DNA of 64,000 nucleotides, taken from Alphaproteobacteria bacterium (GTDB lineage: Bacteria; Pseudomonadota; Alphaproteobacteria; JAUXUR01). Position 1 is the stretch's first letter. Each line of letters begins with the position of its first letter. The position numbers and the translations under genes were made by a program. The stretch spans positions 5,304-69,303 of the forward strand of contig JAUXUR010000079.1 in assembly GCA_030680745.1 (NCBI GenBank), read 5' to 3'. The notes below the pieces were generated by a model. The model had not been told where the DNA came from, made no database searches, and saw only the letters and a program-made list of their open reading frames with translations. This document shows, one piece after another, positions 42,942 to 51,909 of this stretch.

Positions 42942-43943
42942 TTATTTGTGTTGTTCTACCTTGATCCCAGTTTTAGCTTCTTGAGGCTGGGATTTTTCAT
43001 AAATCTCTTTTATTCTATCTGCAATTCGATTTATTTCAAGCAAAGGTTCGTAATGCCAATTTTCTAAAATGCCTTCAAAACGACGTGAAATGCCTTTATC
43101 ACGTAAGGATTGATGAAATTCTAGAAATTTAGGCGGCGATTCATCAAAATGATAAATATAAAGGGGTTTGCCGCTGGCCGCAGCTTCTGTTGCCATATTA
43201 ACGGAATCACAAGTGACAATAAGAAAATCTGAAAGAGCGATCATGCCAAAATAAGGGTTTGGATCAACACCCTCCCATAAATAATGAGGTATGTCAGTTA
43301 GTTCACTTTTTAGTTTAGAAATATAATGTGTAGGTGTTCTGCGAGATGGTGTTAAAAGAAGGCTACCACCATATTTTTGTTGAAGGTTTTTAAGATCTTG
43401 AATTAATGTTTGAAATACTTTTTCGCTAAAATCATGATGTTTACTGATACCACCAATAATAACACTTATGTGTGGTTTAGGTAGTTTTTCAACTAAATAA
43501 TTTAACTTTTGTCCTTCTTGTTTTAAGAATTCAGGATTAATCCCATGAATAGAACCTAACGCATTGATAACATTAGGTGCATTTAGATTGTCATGCAAAG
43601 GAGCCACAATCACATCAAATTTATTTAAATTTAATTTAGGGTCTTGAATGTGGATAGTGAAGGTCTTATTATTGCTTTTTTGACGAATTGCAGCTGAAAT
43701 TGCAACTGATTGTCTTCCGCATGTGATTAAAATATCAGGCCATGGTGGTGAAATTGGATCAGGATTGTTTTTGACAGAGCATAATGCTTTAAAACAAAGG
43801 GATGGCGGTAAAAAAAACCATGGATAAGAGGGCTTGATCCTTTTTAAAATTGGTGTAAGGTTAAGGGCATCTGCCAGGGCTAAGCATTGAATTTCAATGC
43901 CTCGGCGTCCATCGCTCATTATCCAACAGGTTTGAGTTGACAT
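42942..43943 (-). CDS. ELM1/DUF1022-family protein, a predicted glycosyltransferase-like protein
   Basis: WIMSDGRRGIEIQCLALADAL N-terminus and TPSRRTP motif, typical of the alphaproteobacterial 'mitochondrial fission ELM1' family. Confidence 0.5.
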   Translation of the reverse strand: MSTQTCWIMSDGRRGIEIQCLALADALNLTPILKRIKPSYPWFFLPPSLCFKALCSVKNNPDPISPPWPDILITCGRQSVAISAAIRQKSNNKTFTIHIQDPKLNLNKFDVIVAPLHDNLNAPNVINALGSIHGINPEFLKQEGQKLNYLVEKLPKPHISVIIGGISKHHDFSEKVFQTLIQDLKNLQQKYGGSLLLTPSRRTPTHYISKLKSELTDIPHYLWEGVDPNPYFGMIALSDFLIVTCDSVNMATEAAASGKPLYIYHFDESPPKFLEFHQSLRDKGISRRFEGILENWHYEPLLEINRIADRIKEIYEKSQPQEAKTGIKVEQHK

Positions 43944-44056
43944 TTTAGGCTCCGTATCAAGTCTTAGTAAGACATAAAATTATAAAAAACATTAGGCGCA
44001 CGAACTTTTACATATTAGTCTACTGCGCTGAGTACCGGTCAATTAAGGTTAAATAA

Positions 44057-44539
44057 ATGCGACGCACAAAAATTGATGCAATCGATCTTCAAATTTTACA
44101 TGATCTTCAAGATAACGGACGAATGACAAATGTTGATCTTGCTGATCGTGCAGGAATCTCAGCACCTCCTTGTTTAAGGCGTGTGCGAACACTTGAAGAT
44201 TCTGGCTTTATAACAGGTTATCACGCTGATATCAATGCTGAAGCTTTAGGCTTCACAGTCGTTATATTTGCGCAAGTACGTTTGCATTCTCATGCTGAAA
44301 ACGATTTAATCGCTTTTGAAAATCTCGTGCAAAACTGGGATATGGTGCGTGAGTGTCAAATGCTTGCGGGTGATACAGATTTTTTACTTAAAATAATTGC
44401 GCAAGATTGGGATTCATATCAACGATTTTTAACGACACAATTAACGTCAGCACCTAATGTTGCGCATGTTAAATCTTCATTATGTATTCGAAAATCCAAA
44501 AATTTGCCAGGACCGCCTATTAATTTGATTTTGAAGTAG
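44057..44539 (+). CDS. Lrp/AsnC-family transcriptional regulator
   Basis: N-terminal HTH (DAIDLQILHDLQDNGRMTNVDLADRAGISAPPCLRRV) and a RAM domain. Confidence 0.85.
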   Translation: MRRTKIDAIDLQILHDLQDNGRMTNVDLADRAGISAPPCLRRVRTLEDSGFITGYHADINAEALGFTVVIFAQVRLHSHAENDLIAFENLVQNWDMVRECQMLAGDTDFLLKIIAQDWDSYQRFLTTQLTSAPNVAHVKSSLCIRKSKNLPGPPINLILK

Positions 44540-44581
44540 GTTTCATTTTACTGAACAGCTTCAGGAAGTTAAGGGAAGGGC

Positions 44582-46408
44582 TTAATTTGCCGTTTCCCAT
44601 AAATCAATTGCCCATTCCTCACGGTTCAAATAAGAAAGTTTGCCTTGATTGGGATCTAATACATCAGGGATTTTAAATTTGTTCCAATAAGCGAAATGAT
44701 CTTTGTTCCAATAAAGAAGCGGTACAATATAATCACCAGACCATAAAACACGATCAAGACTTTGAATATAAGCAACATAATCATCATAATTGGTTTGTTC
44801 GATAATTTTTTGAATTAAATCATCGATAACAGGGTTTTTAATGCCTGCATAATTACGTGCGCCTTCTTTATCCGCAGCTTCTGTTGACCAAGAATGATTT
44901 AAATCTTTGCCGGGGTAAATAACGCCCCATAAATGGATCAGCGAATCAAAATCATATTCATCTTTTCGTTTGTTAAACTGGGTTGAATCAACATAACGCA
45001 CTTTAAGGTCGATACCTGCTTTTTGAAGCATATTGGCATAGCCTAAGGCTATTTTTTCCAATGGTTTTAAACCAATAAGCACTTCAAAAGACAGCTTTTC
45101 TTTTGTTTCGATGTTGGTAAGATTTTTGCCAATGATCTGCCAACCAGCTTCATCAAATAATTTCAAAGCGTTTCTTAAACGCTCACGTGAAGGAAGATTT
45201 TGAACCTTTGGGGCATCAAAAGCTGAAGGGGGTATTTTATCTTTATAGGTTTCAAGAATTTCTTTGACTTTACCTGTGGCAATACCTTTTGCTTCAAAAT
45301 CACAATTACTAAAAAAGCTCGTTGTTGGAACATAGGAATTGTTGTAGTAATTTTCGATCATCCATTTATGGTCAAAAAGTGTAATAAGGCCTTGGCGAAG
45401 TTTAAGATTATCAAAAGGGGGGCGGCGCATATTAAGGGCAATGCCAAACATGCCCATCGGACGTTTAAAGGGCATAACAATTTTTTTGATTTTGCCTTCT
45501 TTTATCGCTGGTATATCGTAATCTTTTTCCCATTTGGCAAAATCTGTTTCGTGAATAAGGTCATATCCACCAGCTTTAAAGGCTTCAAGGGCTATATTTT
45601 CATCTCTATAGCTTGTAACAATCAGATTATCAAAGTTATTTTGGCCCTTCATGCAGGGTAAGTTTTCTGCCCAAAAATCCTTGACGCGTTCATATTCAAT
45701 TTCTTTGCCTGGATTGAAACTTTTAACACGATAAGGACCAGATGAAAGAGGGAATATATGGCTGGATTCTTCAAAAACATGTTTATCAAAAAAATTTTTG
45801 GATAAAACTGGCATCATTGCTAAAAGTAAAACAGTTTCACGATCAGATTTTTCTTGATCAAGAATAAGTTTGACGGAAAGATCACCTAATTTTTCAATTT
45901 GTTTTGCTTTATTATAAAGCATTTTGATGTGGGGACCTGCTTTTTCTTTAAGCGTGTTAAAGGTAAAAACGACGTCATCAGCTTTAATAGAAGTGCCATC
46001 TTCAAATTTTGCTAAGGGGTTAATATGGAAAATGATATAGCTTCTGTCTTTAGGTGCTTGAATAGATTCTGCGATAAAACCATAAAGTGAAAAAGGTTCA
46101 TCCTTATTTCGTTTCATAAGCGACCCATAGACACGTCCCGTTAGGTAGGGTGAAGGTGTTCCTTTAAGCAAATAAGGATTAAGAGAATCAAAGGTCCCTA
46201 TATTACGTAAATGCAAATCACCACCTTTTTTGGCATTTGGATTGGCATAATCAAAAAACTTAAAGTCCTTTGGATATTTCAGGTCTTGATGCATTGAAAT
46301 GCCATGAACCTTTGGGAGGGGATCAATTGGGTTTGATGCTTCTTCTGCGAAGGCTAGGTTTGGAAGAAGTGCTAATGCAGAAAGAAGTACAATTTTTTTT
46401 AAGGTCAT
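44582..46408 (-). CDS. ABC transporter periplasmic substrate-binding protein, family 5 (YejA/oligopeptide-like), paralog 1
   Basis: Signal peptide MTLKKIVLLSALALLPNLAFA; SBP_bac_5 fold; paralogous to the two upstream genes. Confidence 0.8.
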   Translation of the reverse strand: MTLKKIVLLSALALLPNLAFAEEASNPIDPLPKVHGISMHQDLKYPKDFKFFDYANPNAKKGGDLHLRNIGTFDSLNPYLLKGTPSPYLTGRVYGSLMKRNKDEPFSLYGFIAESIQAPKDRSYIIFHINPLAKFEDGTSIKADDVVFTFNTLKEKAGPHIKMLYNKAKQIEKLGDLSVKLILDQEKSDRETVLLLAMMPVLSKNFFDKHVFEESSHIFPLSSGPYRVKSFNPGKEIEYERVKDFWAENLPCMKGQNNFDNLIVTSYRDENIALEAFKAGGYDLIHETDFAKWEKDYDIPAIKEGKIKKIVMPFKRPMGMFGIALNMRRPPFDNLKLRQGLITLFDHKWMIENYYNNSYVPTTSFFSNCDFEAKGIATGKVKEILETYKDKIPPSAFDAPKVQNLPSRERLRNALKLFDEAGWQIIGKNLTNIETKEKLSFEVLIGLKPLEKIALGYANMLQKAGIDLKVRYVDSTQFNKRKDEYDFDSLIHLWGVIYPGKDLNHSWSTEAADKEGARNYAGIKNPVIDDLIQKIIEQTNYDDYVAYIQSLDRVLWSGDYIVPLLYWNKDHFAYWNKFKIPDVLDPNQGKLSYLNREEWAIDLWETAN

Positions 46409-48243
46409 TTTTCCCACCATGTATGTAATGCCCACATACGTATATGTCTAAATCCGTGAGGTGGGGATATATCAGGAAATCCAAATTTATCCCAAAAGGC
46501 GCAATGATTTTCGCGCGGTTGAAATAACGGTATCACGAATTGATGTGCGCGTAAAAGTCTATCTAAAGCACGTGTTGATGCAAGATAAGTTTCAAGATTG
46601 GGTGCTTTAGGAATGTTGCTAATCAGATAATCAATAGCAGGATTTGCAATGCCTGCGAAATTTTTACTGCCTTTTATAGAAGCTTGTGTTGAGCCCCAAT
46701 AAAAATTTTGTTCACAACCAGGATAATAGGATTGATTCCAGTAATGTATAATCATGCCAAAATCATGGTCTTGAAGTCTTTTTTCATATTGGGTCGATTC
46801 AACCGTACGAATACTTGCTTTGATGCCCAATTTTGCAAGATTATGCGCATAAGAATGTACAATTTTTTCATAAAAAGGAAGTGCTAATAATATTTCAAAT
46901 TCCATTTTTTTGTTTGTTTTTTCGTGTATAAGTTCGTTGTTTTTGATAATCCATCCTGCTTCTTTGAGTAAATCTTTTGCTTTATTTAAATCTGCACGAG
47001 ATCTTTGCATATCTGTTGGGATAAATTCTTCAACGGGTTTTGAAAAAATAAAAGAAGGTAATTGATCTTTGAAAGGCTCCAACATAATAAGTTCTTCAGG
47101 TGTTGGTGTTGAGTGTGCAATCATTTGTGGATCAACAAAAAAACTATCTGTACGTTGATAGGCCTCATGGAGGTAATTACGATTAAGCCAATCAAAATCA
47201 AGCGCAAGAGTAAGTGCTTGTCTAACGCGATAATCAGCAAAAATTTCTTTTCGTAAATTCATGACTAAACCATGCATGTCGAGTGTATGTGCAACAGGAA
47301 ATGATTTACAAGCAACGCGTTTATCTTTAACGGCTTGAAAACTATATTCATGTGACCATTTCATGATGTTGGGTTCTTCACGGAAATCATAATCATGTTT
47401 TTGAAAAGCTTGTAAAGAAACAGCATCGTCACGAATGTAATTATAGTGAATCTCATCGAAATTGTAGTGTCCAACATTGATTGCTAGATTTTTACCCCAA
47501 AAATCAGGATTTTTTTTATAGATTATTTTCTTACCTTGATCAATTTTTGTAATAATATAAGGACCACTTGTAAGGGGTATATCAAGACCAGGACGATCAA
47601 AATCATGAGTCGTGTAGTATTTTTTTGATAAAATAGGCATAAAACCAATCATAAGGGGGATATGTCTATTGTTTTTCGTTTTTAGGTAAAAAACAATATC
47701 CCTAGGACCAAGAATTTCAACATGATGGATATTTTCATAAAAGGCGCGAAGATTAGGAAGTGATTTTGTGCTCATTAACTGAAAGGAAAACTCAACATCT
47801 TCAGCTGTAATAGGTGAATTATCATGAAATTTTGCTTCAGGCCTTAAGCTGAATCTTATCCAAGATCTGTCTTCAGGGATTTGCATTTTTTCAGCAATTC
47901 GGGCATACATGGTAAGAGGTTCATCAGCAGATTTTTGCATAAGGCTTTCAGCTGTTAAGAAACGTCCTTCTGCCGGGATGCCTTTAAGAATGTAAGGGTT
48001 TAAGCTATCAAATGTGCCAGGAAGGCGTAACTCAAAGGTGCCTTTTTGGGGGGCGTTTGGATTAATATAATCAAAGTGTTTAAAATTTTCTGGATATTTT
48101 GGCTCATTGTAAAGGGATAGAGCATGATGCCAAGGAAGTCCTTGATCATCAAAGGCGTCTAAGGTTGAACTTAAGAAAACAATAAATCCTAAAAACAATG
48201 CGTATTTAAAAAAAACTTTATTCAAATGTTTGACTCGTCTCAT
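46405..48243 (-). CDS. ABC transporter substrate-binding protein, family 5, paralog 2. Its start is at ATG 48243 (26-bp overlap with paralog 3) or at TTG 48225.
   Basis: Signal peptide MRRVKHLNKVFFKYALFLGFIVFLSS; aligns with paralogs 1 and 3. Confidence 0.75.
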   Translation of the reverse strand: MRRVKHLNKVFFKYALFLGFIVFLSSTLDAFDDQGLPWHHALSLYNEPKYPENFKHFDYINPNAPQKGTFELRLPGTFDSLNPYILKGIPAEGRFLTAESLMQKSADEPLTMYARIAEKMQIPEDRSWIRFSLRPEAKFHDNSPITAEDVEFSFQLMSTKSLPNLRAFYENIHHVEILGPRDIVFYLKTKNNRHIPLMIGFMPILSKKYYTTHDFDRPGLDIPLTSGPYIITKIDQGKKIIYKKNPDFWGKNLAINVGHYNFDEIHYNYIRDDAVSLQAFQKHDYDFREEPNIMKWSHEYSFQAVKDKRVACKSFPVAHTLDMHGLVMNLRKEIFADYRVRQALTLALDFDWLNRNYLHEAYQRTDSFFVDPQMIAHSTPTPEELIMLEPFKDQLPSFIFSKPVEEFIPTDMQRSRADLNKAKDLLKEAGWIIKNNELIHEKTNKKMEFEILLALPFYEKIVHSYAHNLAKLGIKASIRTVESTQYEKRLQDHDFGMIIHYWNQSYYPGCEQNFYWGSTQASIKGSKNFAGIANPAIDYLISNIPKAPNLETYLASTRALDRLLRAHQFVIPLFQPRENHCAFWDKFGFPDISPPHGFRHIRMWALHTWWEK

Positions 48244-50026
48244 TTTGCCACCAGGTCTGTGTATACCACCACTTAAGAAGAGGGAAGGCTGACACAGGTT
48301 GTGACTTAGGGTGCCCAAATTTGTTCCAATATGCAACAAAATCTCGCGTTTTTTGAGGAAGCGAGATGAAATAATAACCACTTTGTAATATGCGGTCGAG
48401 TGCATGTGTGATTGTTAAATGGTCAACTTTACTTTTTTGAGATATTAATTTTTCTAAAAGGTCATCAATAACAACGTGTTGAATGCCAGCGTAGTTTGCG
48501 CTTCCTTGTGTCATCGCCGCTTTTGATCCCCAATATCGCATTTGTTCAGCGTGTGGTGCAAGTGATTGTGACCAATTATTAATAATCATGTCATAATCAA
48601 AAACATTTAAACGTTTTTGATATAAAGCCGCATCAACAACACGAACATGGGTTGTGATGCCAAGTTTTTCAAGGCTTTTTTTAAAAGATAAAGCGAGTCT
48701 TTCATATTGTGGGTTTTGCAATAAGATTTCAAAGCTTATTGGTTTTTTTGATTCTTTTGGATAGAGGTTGTTTTGGCGAATTTCAAAGCCTGACTCTTTG
48801 AGCAAATCATGGGCTAGACTTAAATCATGTCGATGTTCAGTATGTTTTAAAAGAGGAAGGCTGAATTGATGGTTGCGAAGTTCGGCGGAAATTTTATCTT
48901 TGTAAGAAGAAAGTAGTTTTATTTCATCAAGACTAGGTGTGTCTGGTGCTGCAAGGTCTGTATTCCCAAAAAAACTGGGTATTGTTTCATAGGCATCATG
49001 GAAATAATTTTTATTGAGGCTATCAACATTTAAAGCGAGCGATAACGCTTTTCGAACATTTATATCGTTAAAAGGGGCGCGCCTTGTGTTAAAAACAAAA
49101 CCTAAAATGTTTGGGCGTTGATGGGGGATGTCTTTTAATTGGACATGTCCTTTTTTGGCAGCAGGAAAGTTATAATTTTTAAGCCAATGGCCAATATCTT
49201 CTTCTTGAAACAGATCGATGGTACCTGCTTTAAAAGCTTCAAAAGCTGCTTGATAATTACGGAAATACTCAAAACGAATGATATCGAAGTGGCTATGTCC
49301 TTTTTCTGAGGGTAAATCTTGTGCCCAGTAATCTTTAACACGTTCATATTCAACAAATTTATTGAATTCGTATTTACTTACCTTGTAAGGCCCATTGGCA
49401 AGTGAAGGCGTTGTAGCAAAATGGGTTAAATCTTTTTTTTCAAGATCTTTTGCTGGTAAAATAGGAAGAAATCCAATGAATAAGACAAGTGCGCGTTGAT
49501 TGGGCGTTTTGAATGTAAATTTGATTTCGTGGGTTGATATGATATCGATATGATCAATCTCTTTAAATGCTTCACGAAAAGTGAAGGGGCCCGCTTTTTG
49601 AATAGCTTCAAAAGTTTTAGCGACATCGTTGGTTGAGATAGGTGTTTGGTCGTGAAATTTAGCTTTAGGATTGAGTTTAAATATAACCCAAGATTCATCA
49701 TCACTTAGTGTGAATGTGCTTGCAATGCGGGGATAGCTGCTAAGGGGCTCATCAAGTGATCTTTTAAGTAAACTATCATATGTTAGGTAAACGCCTTCAG
49801 CCGTAATCTTATTCATAGGGTATGGATTAAAATTATCAAATCCACTAATAATCGCAAGACGAATTGCGCCTCCTTTTGGTGCATTGGGGGTGACATAATC
49901 AAAGTTTTTAAAGTCATTTGAATATTTTGGGGTGCCATAAAGAGATATAGAGGTCAGTTCAGTGGATGCTAAAACTGGTTTCGAAAAAATACATACAATA
50001 TAAAATAATTTAAAAAAAAAGTTCAT
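48218..50026 (-). CDS. ABC transporter substrate-binding protein, family 5, paralog 3
   Basis: Signal peptide MNFFFKLFYIVCIFSKPVLAS; SBP_bac_5 fold. Confidence 0.8.
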   Translation of the reverse strand: MNFFFKLFYIVCIFSKPVLASTELTSISLYGTPKYSNDFKNFDYVTPNAPKGGAIRLAIISGFDNFNPYPMNKITAEGVYLTYDSLLKRSLDEPLSSYPRIASTFTLSDDESWVIFKLNPKAKFHDQTPISTNDVAKTFEAIQKAGPFTFREAFKEIDHIDIISTHEIKFTFKTPNQRALVLFIGFLPILPAKDLEKKDLTHFATTPSLANGPYKVSKYEFNKFVEYERVKDYWAQDLPSEKGHSHFDIIRFEYFRNYQAAFEAFKAGTIDLFQEEDIGHWLKNYNFPAAKKGHVQLKDIPHQRPNILGFVFNTRRAPFNDINVRKALSLALNVDSLNKNYFHDAYETIPSFFGNTDLAAPDTPSLDEIKLLSSYKDKISAELRNHQFSLPLLKHTEHRHDLSLAHDLLKESGFEIRQNNLYPKESKKPISFEILLQNPQYERLALSFKKSLEKLGITTHVRVVDAALYQKRLNVFDYDMIINNWSQSLAPHAEQMRYWGSKAAMTQGSANYAGIQHVVIDDLLEKLISQKSKVDHLTITHALDRILQSGYYFISLPQKTRDFVAYWNKFGHPKSQPVSAFPLLKWWYTQTWWQNETSQTFE

Positions 50027-50170
50027 TTTGTAATTTGTTACACAATTCTCAAGTTAATATTACGAAACAGTATATCATGCGAATGATAGCGGCATAATAC
50101 TATAATTTTATGTTAAACGTCGAGAAGTATTTGAAGGGGAAATGTTTTCAAAACGGTGACCATATAATAA

Positions 50171-50247
50171 TGGTCGGGGAGGAGGGATTTGAACCCCCGA
50201 CATCCTGCTCCCAAAGCAGGCGCGCTACCAGGCTGCGCTACACCCCG
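50171..50247 (-). tRNA. tRNA-Pro (anticodon UGG)
   Basis: Reverse complement CGGGGTGTAGCGCAGCCTGGTAGCGCGCCTGCTTTGGGAGCAGGATGTCGGGGGTTCAAATCCCTCCTCCCCGACCA; T-loop GGTTCAAATCC; anticodon loop cTTTGGGAg; encoded CCA. Confidence 0.9.
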
Positions 50248-50365
50248 TTTTTTGTGTTTATAGATTTACATTATTTTCAATTGCTTTGCAAGAGGGTTTT
50301 AATTAATATTTAAACAATTCCTTAAGTTATTTTTTTGAGGTCTTAAAAATTGAAGGGGAGAAATC

Positions 50366-51040
50366 ATGGTTCACGTCCAATCATATGTCGATCATAATAC
50401 AGCCAGAATCAATATGGTTCATGGATTGTTACGTCCAAATCAAGTTGTTGAGGAACGCATTGTTGAGGCAATTCTTACGACACCTCGCGAAAAATTTTTA
50501 CCAAAGGAAGTGCAAAATATTTCATATATTGATAGCGATTTATCCTTAGGTGAGGGACGTTTCTTAATGTCTCCTTTAACGTTTTCACGTCTTGTGCAAG
50601 CATCGATGATTCAAGAAGATGATGTCGTTCTGGATATTGGATGTGGGATGGGTTACTCAACCGCGATATTGGGTAAATTAGCGTCAAGCGTCATAGGTAT
50701 TGATGAAAAACCAGAATTCTTGTCAAATGCTACAGAAGAGCTTTCAAAATTAGAGATTTTGAATTGTATTTTTCATTGTGCGCATTTAAAAGATGGATTT
50801 CCAAAAGGGGCGCCTTATTCATTGATCTTTTTAGAAGGTGCTGTAGACTTTGTGCCAGAGTATATCTTGAATCAATTGGCTGAAAATGGTCGTTTGATGG
50901 CGATTGTAACGATTAACGCACATCAGGCTGTTGCACGATTATATCAACGTATTGGTCAACATTTTGCGCATCGAGACTTATTTGATGTAAATGCCAAACC
51001 ATTGCATGGCTTCCAACAATTAAAGGAATTTAAATTATGA
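50366..51040 (+). CDS. pcm: Protein-L-isoaspartate O-methyltransferase
   Basis: SAM motif VLDIGCGMGYSTAILGKLA; conserved position upstream of tolC in alphaproteobacteria. Confidence 0.8.
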   Translation: MVHVQSYVDHNTARINMVHGLLRPNQVVEERIVEAILTTPREKFLPKEVQNISYIDSDLSLGEGRFLMSPLTFSRLVQASMIQEDDVVLDIGCGMGYSTAILGKLASSVIGIDEKPEFLSNATEELSKLEILNCIFHCAHLKDGFPKGAPYSLIFLEGAVDFVPEYILNQLAENGRLMAIVTINAHQAVARLYQRIGQHFAHRDLFDVNAKPLHGFQQLKEFKL

Positions 51041-51363
51041 TCGATATGGAAACAAACGTAACGGATTTAAAAAATTGTTTGGATAATAACACACCATGCG
51101 TTGTTCTTGATGTACGTGAAAAATGGGAACTGGATATTTGTTGTCTTGAAAATGCTAAGCATATACCCTTAGGATCAATATTATCAGATGATTATGCTGA
51201 TTTACCGAAAGATAAACCTTTGTTTGTTTTTTGCCATCATGGTAGACGTAGTTTGCAAGCCGTATGTCATTTAAGGGATAAGGGCTACGATAATGCTGTT
51301 AGTGTTAAAGGCGGCGTTCATGCTTGGGCGTGTGAAGCTGATCCAAATATGAAGACATATTAA
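51037..51363 (+). CDS. Single-domain rhodanese-like sulfurtransferase
   Basis: Active-site loop VFCHHGRRS; 108 aa; 4-bp overlap with pcm. Confidence 0.75.
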   Translation: MIDMETNVTDLKNCLDNNTPCVVLDVREKWELDICCLENAKHIPLGSILSDDYADLPKDKPLFVFCHHGRRSLQAVCHLRDKGYDNAVSVKGGVHAWACEADPNMKTY

Positions 51364-51383
51364 AAATACGCATCCAGATTATG

Positions 51384-51473
51384 GGCAAATTTGTCGTCAG
51401 AACTGCGTTTCCGGTACTCATGTACAAGGAGTACACTCCGTTCCGGTTCTCGTTCTTTCTAAACTTTGCCTCA
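51384..51473. repeat. Family-C palindromic repeat between the two rhodanese genes
   Basis: Terminal inverted repeat ccagattatgggcaaa / tttgcctcataatctgg; internal palindrome gtactcatgtacaaggagtacac; homologous to 20028-20118. Confidence 0.6.
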
Positions 51474-51507
51474 TAATCTGGGCGCTTACATGGTTATAGG
51501 ATTTGCA

Positions 51508-51894
51508 ATGTTTCGGTTTTCACGAATTTGTTGTTTGTTGGTATCTTTGTTTTCTTTTGAAAGTTTTGCTAACGATGAAGCGATTGATGTTTCAACACTT
51601 AATGAATATTTAATCAATGGAACACCTTGTTTTGTACTAGATGTTCGTGAAAAAAAAGAACTTGAGATTTGCTGTCTCAATAATATCATGCATATACCTT
51701 TAAATGAATTATTGTCGGGTGCTGTGGATGGTTTGCCAAAAGATGTTCTGTTAATTGTTATGTGTCGTAGCGGTATACGTAGTCAAAAAGCTTTTGATTA
51801 TTTAAAGAATAATGGGTTCGATAAAGCAGTTAATTTAAAAGATGGCATTTTAGCTTGGATAAAGGAAATTGATCCAACGTTAACGGCATATTAA
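51508..51894 (+). CDS. Rhodanese-like sulfurtransferase with a signal peptide, a tandem paralog of the upstream gene
   Basis: MFRFSRICCLLVSLFSFESFA signal; active-site loop VMCRSGIRS; a C-terminus parallel to the upstream paralog. Its start context, aggatttgcaATGtttcggttttcac, is duplicated at the tolC start. Confidence 0.65.
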   Translation: MFRFSRICCLLVSLFSFESFANDEAIDVSTLNEYLINGTPCFVLDVREKKELEICCLNNIMHIPLNELLSGAVDGLPKDVLLIVMCRSGIRSQKAFDYLKNNGFDKAVNLKDGILAWIKEIDPTLTAY

Positions 51895-51909
51895 AGAATA
51901 GGATTTGTA

